DNA of 64,000 bases from assembly GCA_947167155.1 (NCBI GenBank), contig CAMVHB010000002.1, positions 877-64,876 on the forward strand, given 5' to 3'. The stretch's first letter is position 1; each line of letters begins with the position of its first letter. This document shows positions 27,322-37,361 of the stretch, one piece after another. A model generated the notes under the pieces. It did no database searches. It was not told the DNA's origin and worked only from the letters and a program-made list of their open reading frames with translations. Origin of the DNA: an uncultured Lachnospiraceae bacterium (GTDB lineage: Bacteria; Bacillota; Clostridia; Lachnospirales; Lachnospiraceae). A program made the translations under genes and the position numbers.

Positions 27322-27350
27322 AAATTAACACAAAAAATCGGGGATGTCAA
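27322..27350 (-). promoter_or_regulatory. candidate promoter of the infC-rpmI-rplT operon
   Basis: Minus strand TTGACA, 17 nt, TAATTT. Confidence 0.4.
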
Positions 27351-27351
27351 G

Positions 27352-27394
27352 AAAAAACAGCAGAACCGAAGGAAGCGGCCACTTCCTCCGGTCC
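27352..27394 (-). terminator. rho-independent terminator of the small ORF
   Basis: The minus strand reads GGACCGGAGGAAG-TGGCCG-CTTCCTTCGGTTC (13 bp including two G-U pairs), followed by TGCTGTTTTTTCTTG. Confidence 0.7.
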
Positions 27395-27433
27395 TATCTC
27401 CTGCCTTTAAAAGGTCGGATCTCTGACACCTGC

Positions 27434-27643
27434 TTATCTTGCAAGCGCCAGGCCAGGGGTATAACCCCTACTTTGGTGTGTGATGCCTGTCTTTGTTTTC
27501 AATTCATCACAGGCAGAGATGAATATGTTGCCGAAATCAGAACCTGATTTCCTGCGAGACTGCTTGAAATACGGTTGTCCCTGGGAATCAAGATCTGAAC
27601 CATCGGACATCTGGATTGGATTGACTCTGTAATACTCATCCAT
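27434..27643 (-). CDS. 69-aa hypothetical protein
   Basis: The ATG at 27643 is preceded by AAGGAGGG. It has its own promoter and terminator. I recognise no family for the sequence 'MDEYYRVNPIQMSDGSDLDSQGQPYFKQSRRKSG...'. Confidence 0.45.
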   Translation of the reverse strand: MDEYYRVNPIQMSDGSDLDSQGQPYFKQSRRKSGSDFGNIFISACDELKTKTGITHQSRGYTPGLALAR

Positions 27644-27714
27644 AGTCGCTTTGATCCCTCCTTGGCAGCATATTTCAATTGTGCATCTCAAGGTGCTCCC
27701 TGCACCTCAGTGAC

Positions 27715-27766
27715 ATAATAACATGCTCACCCGAAAAAATCAAGTGTTATCCACAATATCTTGTGG
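27715..27766 (-). promoter_or_regulatory. promoter plus upstream palindrome for the small ORF
   Basis: Minus strand TTGATT, 17 nt, TATTAT (27715-27743). Immediately upstream is the palindrome CCACAA-GATA-TTGTGG (27751-27766). It overlaps an exact TTATCCACA at 27747-27755 on the plus strand. Confidence 0.45.
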
Positions 27767-27799
27767 GGATTGTTGATAACGACGACTATATCTTCTGTT

Positions 27800-29980
27800 T
27801 CAGTTCATATCCTGCGGTCCGTCATTTACCGCCCAGACCGGAGTGAAGGTCCTTGTCTTCAAAAGGAGTGCACCCTCTTCATCCCCTGAAAGCGCCTCCT
27901 TCATAAACTCATTCTGCGAGCCGAAGGCCTTCTTCCCTCTTCTGTCAAAATGCCTGTATACTCCGTCTGCCGAAAGATAATAAGCCTTGAGATTGTCCTT
28001 GAGCGACACCTCAAGTATGTGCTTCACCCTTCCCTTGATGTTCTCGTCAAGCACAGGGAAGATGATCTCTACTCTTCTGTCAAGATTCCTCGGCATCCAG
28101 TCCGCACTGCCCATGAATACGTCCTCTTCACCGTCATTGTAGAAATAGAATATCCTCGCGTGCTCAAGGAAGGTACCTACTATCGATATGACGTGGATGT
28201 TCTCGCTGATCCCCGGAATCCCGGTCTTGAGGCAGCAGATACCTCTCACGATCAGGAAAATCTCGACGCCTGCGCGTGAAGCCTCGTAAAGCTTTGCTAT
28301 CATATCCCTGTCGCAGAGCGAATTCATCTTTGCGATGATAAGCGCCTTCCTTCCGGCCTTTGCGTGATGTATCTCCCTGTCGATCAGTGAATAGAATTTC
28401 TGTCTCATCCATATAGGCGCGAGTATAAGGCTGTTCCAATGCTCCGGCTCCGAATAACCCGAAAGCATATTAAATACAGCTGTGGCATCCTCTCCTATTG
28501 TCTCAGCGCAGGTAAATATCCCGCAGTCAGTATACTGGCGGGCGGTCTTGTCATTGTAATTTCCTGTACCAAGATGTACATAGCGCTTGATCCCTTCCTC
28601 CTCGTTTCTGACAACGAGTGCTATTTTGCAATGGGTCTTTAAACCTACGAGGCCGTAGATCACGTGACAGCCGGCCTTTTCAAGCTGCTGCGCCCATTGG
28701 ATATTATTCTCTTCATCGAATCTCGCCTTGAGCTCCACCAGGACCGTAACCTGCTTCCCGTTTTCGGCAGCTTTCGCAAGAGCCGCAACGATCGGCGAAT
28801 TACCGCTCACCCGATAGAGCGTCTGCTTGATCGCAAGAACGTCCTTGTCAACGGCTGACTGTCTTATAAATTCCACGACCGGCTCAAAGGAATCATAAGG
28901 GTGGTTCATGAAAAGATCGCCCTTTCTGATGAGTGAAAAAATATCTGCCCCCTCCGGGATGCCCTTGGGACGGCGGCTTTCAAATGGCTTGTCATACAGA
29001 CTCTTTCCCTCGACCGTACCGTAAAGCTTCATGAGAAAGGTAAGGTCAATGGGACCGTTCACAAAATAGACCTCCCTGTCCGTTACATCAAACTGCTTCT
29101 TCAGATACATAATGAGCCTCTCATCCATAGAGGCGTCGCAGTCAAGCCTGATGCCTTCTCCCCAATCCCTTCTGTGGAGTGACTTCTTGATCTCCTGCAG
29201 AAGATCCGAAGCATCATCCTCGTCTATGGGAAGGTCCGCATTCCTTATCAGCCGGTAGGGATATGAGCATACCACCTCATAGTTTTTGTAAAGCTCTCCT
29301 ATATTCTTTAAGATCAGCTGCTCAAGGAGTATGAAACTTTGCCTGAAGTCTCCCTCTCCCGGAAGCTCGATAAGTCTCGGAAGGACGGAGGGGACCTGAA
29401 CCGTTGCAAAATCATTCTTTCCGGTCCCCTTTGCCTTCTGTGTCTTTACAAGAGGAGTCACCCCCTGCTTCTTTTTGAGAAGCGAGGCGATATTAAGTGA
29501 CTTGTTCAAAACAAGCGGAAAAGGCCTTGACGCATCAACTGCCATCGGCGTCAGCACCGGATAGACATTCTTCCTGAAATAATCGTCGCAGTACAGCGCC
29601 TCCTTTTTTGAAAGCTGTCGAAAGTCAGTAACTATCCTTACGCCCTCTTCCTCAAGGAGTGGGATAATGGAGCGGTTTAATGTAAGATACTGCCTGTCTA
29701 TGAAGCCATGCGTCTCGGAAAGTATGGCGTCAAGCTGCTCATTTACTGTCATCCCCGAAAGGTCGGGCTTTTCGTAGGAAGCGTTTATCATGTCGTGAAG
29801 AGACGCAACCCTGACCATGAAAAATTCATCGAGGTTCGAGGCAGTGATCGAGAGAAATTTCACCCTCTCCATAAGGGGATTTTTCTTGTCCCTTGCCTCG
29901 TCAAGTATCCTCACATTGAATAAGAGCCATGAAAGCTCACGATTTACATAATAATCCGGATTCAGAAGAGCTTTGTCCAT
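27800..29980 (-). CDS. ppk: polyphosphate kinase 1
   Basis: 726 aa. N-terminal 'YVNRELSWLLFNVRILDEA' and PLD-like 'KTHCKIALV'. Confidence 0.95.
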   Translation of the reverse strand: MDKALLNPDYYVNRELSWLLFNVRILDEARDKKNPLMERVKFLSITASNLDEFFMVRVASLHDMINASYEKPDLSGMTVNEQLDAILSETHGFIDRQYLTLNRSIIPLLEEEGVRIVTDFRQLSKKEALYCDDYFRKNVYPVLTPMAVDASRPFPLVLNKSLNIASLLKKKQGVTPLVKTQKAKGTGKNDFATVQVPSVLPRLIELPGEGDFRQSFILLEQLILKNIGELYKNYEVVCSYPYRLIRNADLPIDEDDASDLLQEIKKSLHRRDWGEGIRLDCDASMDERLIMYLKKQFDVTDREVYFVNGPIDLTFLMKLYGTVEGKSLYDKPFESRRPKGIPEGADIFSLIRKGDLFMNHPYDSFEPVVEFIRQSAVDKDVLAIKQTLYRVSGNSPIVAALAKAAENGKQVTVLVELKARFDEENNIQWAQQLEKAGCHVIYGLVGLKTHCKIALVVRNEEEGIKRYVHLGTGNYNDKTARQYTDCGIFTCAETIGEDATAVFNMLSGYSEPEHWNSLILAPIWMRQKFYSLIDREIHHAKAGRKALIIAKMNSLCDRDMIAKLYEASRAGVEIFLIVRGICCLKTGIPGISENIHVISIVGTFLEHARIFYFYNDGEEDVFMGSADWMPRNLDRRVEIIFPVLDENIKGRVKHILEVSLKDNLKAYYLSADGVYRHFDRRGKKAFGSQNEFMKEALSGDEEGALLLKTRTFTPVWAVNDGPQDMN

Positions 29981-30007
29981 AAATCAAAACCTCTTTCAAA
30001 AAAAGTG

Positions 30008-31549
30008 TCAGCGCGTCACAGTTTCCTTGATCACCGGCCGCACGGAAAAGATCCTTTCAAAATAATCAGCCTTTCCTTCAAAAAGTCCCTTTTCAAGCGA
30101 TATAGAGTCATCGCTTGAGATCCTTATGATGAGTTCCTTTTCGGTAAGCTCCATCTTTACCTTCCGGAATTTCTGCTTATGCGAGCGGTCGAGGGCGTTT
30201 GTGACTCTAAGCACTGCGAGGAGCTTGATTATCTTTACATATTCCTCCTCGGTAAATTCATCCGCCATCTCTTCGTAAGGATAGGGATCGAGCCTGTTGA
30301 AAAGAGCCACATAGGCCGCCATCTCCCGCTCCTTGTGGGTAAGACCGAGTATCTCGGAGCTTACTATGATGCTGTGGGAATTCTCTCCGGAATTTGAAAG
30401 GCTCACATATTTCCCGCAGTCGTGGAGAATGGCAGAAACCCTGTATATCAGGCGGTCACGGCGGGTAAGGCCGCTTTTCTTCTTCATGGCGTCTATTATC
30501 TTTGTGCCGAGCTCGTCAAGAACCTTGAGATGGGGCTTGTAGCTCCCGTAGCGCTCAGCTATGAAGGAGGCGGCAGAAAGCACGTCATTTTCAAAGTCAT
30601 GCTTTTCACTAAGGGTCTTTTCGTCCTTTGCCAGCATGAAAGCAATACCGTCATTAATAGTCTTGTCAGGGAATGCGACATCCTTTGGCTTCAGCACTGA
30701 AAGGATCGAATGGATGAGTTCAAGCATTGAAAGGCTGAAGGTATCTATCTCGGGTCGGCCGTCTTCCTGCCATTTTACACCTCCTGCAGCATAAGAGCCT
30801 TCATCTATTAGCTGCCCGATAAGTTTCAATATATTCTCTTTTTCAAAGGTGGCGCTCTTCGTCTTTACACCGAAGTATTTTGATATACCCTCGGAAAGAT
30901 TATCATTGAGAATAATGAGGTTTTCGACTGATATATCGTCCTTCTTCAAAAACATATTTGAAAAGGCTTCTATCTCCTTTTCAGTCATCTCCGCTATCTG
31001 CTGTCTGAGATCGGTTTCAGAGGACAATCTGATCAGGTATTCCCTGATGCTCGCAACTCCTATCGGGATATGCTGCGTCGTCTTTATGGAGCCGTCCACG
31101 AATAGCGTGAGCTGCAGGCTGTAGCCGCCAATATCAACAAGTATTGCTGTATCCCTCGTAAGCTTCTCAAAATCCTTCTCGTTTGCAAACGCCCGATATG
31201 TCATGAAGCGCTGCTCGGAATTTGAAAGGATGTCCACGGAAAGTCCCAGCTGAAGACGGATCTGGTCAAGAACAAAGAGGAGATTTTCAGCCTCCTTTAA
31301 GGAGTAGCTGCCGCAGGCCCTGTAGCTGTCAACCTTGTAAAGCCGGAGTGTATCAAGCATTTCCGATAATGTTGCGATCAAATGCTTCACTGTCTCGCCG
31401 GTCAATCGCTTCTCCCTGTATATATCGTGAAAGATAAGAGTATTTTTCCGTAGACTGTCGATCTCCTTTAATCTCTTTTCCTTTGTAACTTCATAGACCT
31501 TGAGCGCCAGCCCGAAGGTCCCTATATAGATCGAACCAAAACGCTTCAT
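30008..31549 (-). CDS. ppx: Ppx/GppA-family exopolyphosphatase with C-terminal HD domain
   Basis: Actin-fold Ppx/GppA N-terminal half, plus 'ILHDCGKYV' (HD). Adjacent to ppk. Confidence 0.8.
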   Translation of the reverse strand: MKRFGSIYIGTFGLALKVYEVTKEKRLKEIDSLRKNTLIFHDIYREKRLTGETVKHLIATLSEMLDTLRLYKVDSYRACGSYSLKEAENLLFVLDQIRLQLGLSVDILSNSEQRFMTYRAFANEKDFEKLTRDTAILVDIGGYSLQLTLFVDGSIKTTQHIPIGVASIREYLIRLSSETDLRQQIAEMTEKEIEAFSNMFLKKDDISVENLIILNDNLSEGISKYFGVKTKSATFEKENILKLIGQLIDEGSYAAGGVKWQEDGRPEIDTFSLSMLELIHSILSVLKPKDVAFPDKTINDGIAFMLAKDEKTLSEKHDFENDVLSAASFIAERYGSYKPHLKVLDELGTKIIDAMKKKSGLTRRDRLIYRVSAILHDCGKYVSLSNSGENSHSIIVSSEILGLTHKEREMAAYVALFNRLDPYPYEEMADEFTEEEYVKIIKLLAVLRVTNALDRSHKQKFRKVKMELTEKELIIRISSDDSISLEKGLFEGKADYFERIFSVRPVIKETVTR

Positions 31550-31836
31550 TCCTGATCCTCACCCCTCTTTATCATTTTTTCCTGAAGCCTTTTCGATATC
31601 GTGATAAGACAGTTGAAAAGCTCCCTTATACTCTCCTTCATGAAGGGATCCTCATAATCTTTTGAAAGCCTGTCAAGCATCTCTTCCTCCCTTTTTTTGT
31701 CATAGATAGGAAGATCATTCTCTTTCTTGAAATCTGCGATCTCAAGTGAAAGACTTATTCTTTCTTCAAAGAGCGCCTTTAAGCCTTCATCGACCCTGTC
31801 TATATCCTTTCTCATTTCAGAAAGTTCTCTCATCAT
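31546..31836 (-). CDS. AroQ-type chorismate mutase (stand-alone)
   Basis: 96 aa; 'MRKDIDRVDEGLKALFEERISLSLEIADFKKENDLPIYDKKREEEML' matches the AroQ helical pattern. Confidence 0.7.
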   Translation of the reverse strand: MMRELSEMRKDIDRVDEGLKALFEERISLSLEIADFKKENDLPIYDKKREEEMLDRLSKDYEDPFMKESIRELFNCLITISKRLQEKMIKRGEDQE

Positions 31837-34800
31837 TATCCTCCGATAACATCAAACAGCGAGATCTGCGGGCTTTCGGGAAGATCGTCTATGAGATGGC
31901 ATTTTGCCATTATCTCTATAGCCTTCTGCGGCGCCTTTCCGCGCGTTCGTATCTCCTCCTTTGAGAGGAAAGGCTTCTCCCTGGCTGCCTCAAAGAGCGC
32001 GACCGAAGCCTGCTCTCCCATTCCGCTGATGGTTGAAAAGGGCGGTCGAAGAGCATTATCTTCTATCACAAAGCGCTTCGCGTCTGACTTGTAAAGATCA
32101 AGAGGCAGGAACGAAAAGCCCCTCGCATAGAATTCATGCACGAGTCTCATATCCATATAGCTGTCCTTTTCGGTAGCCGATATGGGCTCGTTGTTCTTCT
32201 GCCGCGTTTCGTACTCGTTCAGCTTTTCCTCGAGATGTTCCTTTCCCTGGCACATATCGAGAAGATCTATCTTAGCCCTTATTGAAAAGAAGGCTGCATA
32301 ATAAGCAAGTGGCATGTATATCTTGTACCAGGCAATACGCCAAGCGGTCATTACGTATGCGGCGGCATGGGCCTTGGGGAACATGTACTCTATCTTTTCG
32401 CAGGAACCTATGTACCAGTCGGGTACATCATGCTCCTTCATATCCGCCTTGTATTTTTCCCACTTGTCGCACTTTCCCTTCGCGACCTTTCCCTTCCTGA
32501 CATCCTCCATGATCTTGAAGGACTCCTCGGGTTCAAGGCCCTTGCTGATAAGGTAGATCATGATGTCATCTCTCGTGCATATACAGGTTGAAATATCGGC
32601 AGTTCCTGAAAGGACAAGGTCCTGCGCATTGCCCCTCCACACGTTCGTTCCGTGGGACAGTCCCGATATTCTGATAAGGTCGGAAAACTCCTTGGGCTTT
32701 GCCTCCTTCAGCATCCCCATTGCGTTGTCAGTGCCAAATTCCGGGATCCCGAGAGTTCCCATATCCGTATTCCAAAGATCTTCCGGAGACAGACCAAGCG
32801 GCTCCGTGCCCTGGAAAAGCTTCATTACATTTTTGTCATCAAGCGGCACATCGGTGACGCGCGTATCTGTGATCTCCTCCAGCATCCTGATAACCGTAGG
32901 GTCAATATGCCCGAGGATATCAAGCTTCAAGAGATTGGTGTCGATCTTGTGAAAATCAAAATGCGTGGTAATGACATCTTTCTCTGCCTTGTCCGCCGGA
33001 TGCTGTATTGGTGTGAAGCTGTTTATATCCTCTCCCATCGGAAGGACCACTATCCCGCCCGGGTGCTGACCTGTTGTAGTCTTAACCCCCTGAAGCTTCT
33101 GGGCTACTCGTTCCGTCTCGCAGCTTCTTTTGTTAAGAGAATGCGCTTCATTATATTTTTTCACATAGCCGAAAGCTGTCTTTTCCGCAACGGATTCTAT
33201 GGTCCCGGCCTTGAAGGTCTGCCCTTCTCCGAATATTACCTCTGTATATTTGTGTGCCTTGTTCTGATAATCACCGGAGAAATTGAGATCGATATCAGGC
33301 TCCTTATCACCCTTGAAACCGAGGAAGGTCTCAAAAGGAATGTCATTCCCTTCTTTGAAAAGCGGTTTGCCGCAGACGGGACAGATCTTGTCCGGCATAT
33401 CGCAGCCGCTTCGCCCCACGAAAGACTTCACCGTTTCCGAATCAAAGTCGGAATAATGGCAGCTCCTGCAAAGATAATGTGCTGGCAGCGGATTCACCTC
33501 CGTGATCCCCGCCATGGTCGCCACGAAGGAGGAGCCTACGGAGCCTCTTGAGCCCACGAGATAGCCATCCTCCACAGACTTCCAGACGAGCTTCTGCGCT
33601 ATGATATACATCACGGCATAGCCGTTTCCGATTATTGAATTCAGTTCCCGCTCAAGGCGGGATGAAACCATTTCGGGAAGCTCTTCCCCGTAAAGCTCAT
33701 GCGCTCTTGAATAGCAGATCCTTCGAAGGGTCTTGTCGGAATCCGGTATTACGGGAGGGCATTTGTCGGGGCGCGTGGGCGAAATCCTCTCGACCATATC
33801 CGCTATCATATTTGTGTTTTTGATCACGACCTCATAGGCCTTGTCCGATCCCAGATACGAAAACTCCGACAGCATCTCATCTGTCGTATGAAGATAAAGG
33901 GGCGGCTGAAGGTCGCAGTCGGGAAAATCCTTGTTGAACATTATTATCCTTCGGTATACTTCGTCCTTGGGATCCAGAAAATGCACATCTCCTGTAGCGA
34001 CCACCGGCTTTTTCAGCTCATCACCAAGTGCGACTATCTGTCTTGAGATATTTCTGATGTCATCTATCGTCTTTATGCCGTACTTCTCCTCCCGAAGAAG
34101 GTAGGAATCATTGGCTGCAGGCATTATCTCAAAATAATCATAAAACGAAGCTATCCGATAAAGTTCTTCCTCGCTTCGTCCCATGAGGATCGCCTGGAAC
34201 AGTTCTCCCTCGGAGCAGGCGCTTCCGATTATCAGACCTTCCCTGTGCTCAAGAAGCTTGCTTTTCGGAATCTTGGGCTTGGTCTTGAAGTAATTAAGAT
34301 TTGAAAGGGATACAAGCCGATAGAGATTGATCCTTCCAATATCATTTTTTGCGATGATCGTGACATGGTTCTGATGCATCTTCTTTATCATCTCATCAGT
34401 AGGCTGCCCTTTTTCATTTAATTCATCAAGATCGTTTATCCCGCGCTCCCGAAGCAGTGGAAGCATCTTGATAAAGATGCCCGCAGTACACTCAGCGTCG
34501 TTTACGGCGCGGTGATGATCCTTGAGCTCGACTGAAAACAATCTCGCAACCTGCTCCAGCGAAAACTGTGCTTTCTCGGGATGAAGGAAGCGGGCAATAG
34601 TCATCGTATCAGCATGAGTGAAGTCCCAGTCTATATGAAGATCAAGAGACCTGTACTTGATGCATGCGGTATCAAATTCGGCATTGTGAGCTACAAGCAC
34701 CGAGTCTTTGCAGAACTCCCGAAACTTCGGGAGAATGACATCTATAGTCGATGCATTTTTTACATCATCATTCCTGATGCCGGTAAGATCCGTGATCCTG

Positions 34801-36293
34801 TAGGGGATCGGCTCCTTTGGATTTACAAATTCCGAGAACCTGTCAATGATCTCGCCGTTTCTGACCTTTACGGCGCCTATCTCTATTATCTTTACATTTT
34901 TTGCATTAAGCCCCGTAGTCTCAAGATCAAAAACCACATAGTCACTGTCAAGACTCTGTCCCTTCGAATTTGTGACAAGAGCTTTTGTGTCGTCAACAAG
35001 ATATCCCTCCATTCCATAAAGGAGTTTGATATCAAACTTGTTTTTCTTCACATATTCAGCCGCCTCGGGAAAGGCGTGGACGACACCATGGTCTGTTATC
35101 GCAAGAGCTTTGTGTCCGAAGGAAACGGCCTCCTTTATGATATCATTGACCTCGGAAACTCCGTCAAAGGCGCTCATCTTTGTGTGGCAGTGGAGTTCCA
35201 CCCTCTTTTCGGAAGAAAGATCCTGTCTTTTTCCGGTACTCAGAAAGTCATCCGTCTTCCTGATCCCGTAGACCCTTTCCACCGCAAGCTCCTTCGAGAA
35301 CCTGTCTTCGGAGATGAGACCACGCAATGCTATGAAGCTGCCATTTTTGATCTCCCCCGTCAGGTTCTTCGCAATCTCAGGCTCGAGAAACAGCTTCGCG
35401 GAAATTGAGTCCGTACCGTCATAGAGACTGAAAGTGAAAAGGATCTTCCCGCTTCGAAGCTCCTTTTCTTCAGTAAAGAATACCTGTCCTCTCAACGCGA
35501 CCTCGCTCGTATCCTCCGCGATATCGATCATCTTTGTAAAATCATTTCCAACAGCCCTTCCGTAAAATAGTCCGGGCTCGTTTTCCGATTTCTTTGAAAC
35601 GCTGTTCGTTTTTATCCTGTATTCTTTTTCCTTCTTTTCCCTTGGCTCTTCCTTTTTTGCGAAGCCCTTATTCTCCTTTTCCTCATTCTTTTCAAACACT
35701 TCCTTTTCTCTTTTTGAGATAGCTTCAGATATGGCAAACGACTGCCTTTCAAGCTTCAGGCGGTTTTCCTTGAGATGATCGCGCGCCGGCTTTTCATAGG
35801 AGATATCAAAGGAAATATTTGAGCCAAAGCGGTTTCTGAATACATCATCAAAATACTTAAGAATCTGCCCCTCATAGAGTTCACTCGTTCCGTCGTCCGG
35901 AAGGCGCATGGAAAGGTGGTCATCCTCGTTGAAGGAAAAATTGGATTGCTTTACGATCTGAAATAATATGCGGTCTGACTGGTAGAGCTCCGTAAGGATA
36001 GAGTCCTTGTATGAAGATAATATCTGCCTGGGGACAAACTCATCCCCGAGGGAATACCTCTCAACTATGGTAACTGAAACATGCTCCTTGAATACTCTTT
36101 CCGAGATCATCCTCTCAAGTGCATTTATCCTGTCCTTCGGGACAAGGTCATTAAAAAGGAGGTATATCTTCATCCTCCTTTTGTTTGAAGACTCGGTGAT
36201 CTTCAGTATCTGTGCATCCCGAAGCACAACGGAAAGCCCGGGATCCTCATTTTCAAGTTCTTTAAAAACGGAAAAAAATGCTTTTGACATCAC
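31836..36293 (-). CDS. polC: DNA polymerase III alpha subunit, PolC type
   Basis: 1485 aa. PHP motif 'ELHCHTKMSAFDG' and inserted 3'-5' exonuclease 'VVFDLETTGL'. Confidence 0.97.
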   Translation of the reverse strand: MMSKAFFSVFKELENEDPGLSVVLRDAQILKITESSNKRRMKIYLLFNDLVPKDRINALERMISERVFKEHVSVTIVERYSLGDEFVPRQILSSYKDSILTELYQSDRILFQIVKQSNFSFNEDDHLSMRLPDDGTSELYEGQILKYFDDVFRNRFGSNISFDISYEKPARDHLKENRLKLERQSFAISEAISKREKEVFEKNEEKENKGFAKKEEPREKKEKEYRIKTNSVSKKSENEPGLFYGRAVGNDFTKMIDIAEDTSEVALRGQVFFTEEKELRSGKILFTFSLYDGTDSISAKLFLEPEIAKNLTGEIKNGSFIALRGLISEDRFSKELAVERVYGIRKTDDFLSTGKRQDLSSEKRVELHCHTKMSAFDGVSEVNDIIKEAVSFGHKALAITDHGVVHAFPEAAEYVKKNKFDIKLLYGMEGYLVDDTKALVTNSKGQSLDSDYVVFDLETTGLNAKNVKIIEIGAVKVRNGEIIDRFSEFVNPKEPIPYRITDLTGIRNDDVKNASTIDVILPKFREFCKDSVLVAHNAEFDTACIKYRSLDLHIDWDFTHADTMTIARFLHPEKAQFSLEQVARLFSVELKDHHRAVNDAECTAGIFIKMLPLLRERGINDLDELNEKGQPTDEMIKKMHQNHVTIIAKNDIGRINLYRLVSLSNLNYFKTKPKIPKSKLLEHREGLIIGSACSEGELFQAILMGRSEEELYRIASFYDYFEIMPAANDSYLLREEKYGIKTIDDIRNISRQIVALGDELKKPVVATGDVHFLDPKDEVYRRIIMFNKDFPDCDLQPPLYLHTTDEMLSEFSYLGSDKAYEVVIKNTNMIADMVERISPTRPDKCPPVIPDSDKTLRRICYSRAHELYGEELPEMVSSRLERELNSIIGNGYAVMYIIAQKLVWKSVEDGYLVGSRGSVGSSFVATMAGITEVNPLPAHYLCRSCHYSDFDSETVKSFVGRSGCDMPDKICPVCGKPLFKEGNDIPFETFLGFKGDKEPDIDLNFSGDYQNKAHKYTEVIFGEGQTFKAGTIESVAEKTAFGYVKKYNEAHSLNKRSCETERVAQKLQGVKTTTGQHPGGIVVLPMGEDINSFTPIQHPADKAEKDVITTHFDFHKIDTNLLKLDILGHIDPTVIRMLEEITDTRVTDVPLDDKNVMKLFQGTEPLGLSPEDLWNTDMGTLGIPEFGTDNAMGMLKEAKPKEFSDLIRISGLSHGTNVWRGNAQDLVLSGTADISTCICTRDDIMIYLISKGLEPEESFKIMEDVRKGKVAKGKCDKWEKYKADMKEHDVPDWYIGSCEKIEYMFPKAHAAAYVMTAWRIAWYKIYMPLAYYAAFFSIRAKIDLLDMCQGKEHLEEKLNEYETRQKNNEPISATEKDSYMDMRLVHEFYARGFSFLPLDLYKSDAKRFVIEDNALRPPFSTISGMGEQASVALFEAAREKPFLSKEEIRTRGKAPQKAIEIMAKCHLIDDLPESPQISLFDVIGG

Positions 36294-37360
36294 TTATCAT
36301 TTATCAACCACTCTGAAAGCTCCTCGGAGAATGCGCTAAGCAGCTCATCCTCCGGAACCTTTCTCACTATCTCGCCGTGCTTTAATATGAGTCCCTCTTT
36401 CTTTCCTCCGCAGATCGAAAGGTCGGCCTCCTTCGCCTCTCCCGGGCCGTTCACTACACAGCCCATGACTGATATCTTTAATGGCATGAGCTTAAGTCCC
36501 TCGATCATATCTTCAACCTGCTTTTCAAGAGAAATAAGGTCTATCTCGGTCCTTCCGCAGGTCGGGCAGGAAACTATCTCAACGCCCTTTTCCCTGAGGC
36601 CAAGCTCTTCCAAAATAAGCTTTGCGCTCTTCACCTCTTCCTTCGGATCTGCGGTCAGGGATACTCTGATGGTATCTCCTATCCCCTCATATAGGATAAC
36701 GGAAAGACCTATGGCGCTCTTCATATTCCCGCGGTAAATGGCGCCGGATTCCGTGATCCCGACATGAAGAGGGTGATCCGTCTTTTTTGAAATGAGCTCA
36801 TGCGCCCTGATGCTCATTAGGACATCGGAGGACTTTATTGAAATCACGAGATTGTCATATCCCATGTCTTCGATCAGCGCAGCCTTCTCCAGCGCGCTTT
36901 CAACCAGAGCCTCGGCAGTGACCCCGCCGTACTTTTCAAGAAGGTCATGCTCCAGCGATCCTGAATTCACACCCACCCTGATCGGGATATTTCTTTCCTT
37001 CGCCGCTGAAACCACAGCCTTTACGCGGTCTGCTCCGCCTATGTTTCCCGGGTTTATCCTGATCTTGTCAGCTCCGTTTTCTATAGATGCTATGGCAAGC
37101 CGGTAATCAAAATGGATGTCGCAGACCAGCGGAATATTTATTTCTTTTTTGATATCCGCTACCGCCCTTGCAGCTTCCATCGTGGGAACAGCAACCCTTA
37201 TTATGTCGCAGCCTGCCTTTTCAAGCTCTTTGATCTGTGAGACAGTTGCTTTTACATCCTCAGTCTTTGTATTGCACATTGACTGGATCGCGATCCGATT
37301 CCCGCCGCCTATCAGCACACCGCCTATATTTACGGTTTTTGTGACTTTCCTGTTTTCCAT
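36290..37360 (-). CDS. ispG: 4-hydroxy-3-methylbut-2-en-1-yl diphosphate synthase
   Basis: 'CPTCGRTEIDL' and 'GCVVNGPGEA'. Confidence 0.95.
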   Translation of the reverse strand: MENRKVTKTVNIGGVLIGGGNRIAIQSMCNTKTEDVKATVSQIKELEKAGCDIIRVAVPTMEAARAVADIKKEINIPLVCDIHFDYRLAIASIENGADKIRINPGNIGGADRVKAVVSAAKERNIPIRVGVNSGSLEHDLLEKYGGVTAEALVESALEKAALIEDMGYDNLVISIKSSDVLMSIRAHELISKKTDHPLHVGITESGAIYRGNMKSAIGLSVILYEGIGDTIRVSLTADPKEEVKSAKLILEELGLREKGVEIVSCPTCGRTEIDLISLEKQVEDMIEGLKLMPLKISVMGCVVNGPGEAKEADLSICGGKKEGLILKHGEIVRKVPEDELLSAFSEELSEWLINDK

Positions 37361-37361
37361 A

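Noticed and set aside
27747-27766. DnaA box(es) as a replication origin
   Set aside because: There is only one exact 9-mer plus one degenerate inverted copy. There is no AT-rich unwinding element and no dnaA/dnaN nearby. The site sits in a promoter, so an operator is the more likely reading.
32652-35408. Plus-strand ORFs of 299 and 275 aa inside polC
   Set aside because: They are antisense to polC and show no motifs. Long shadow frames are expected in a long, strongly strand-biased gene.
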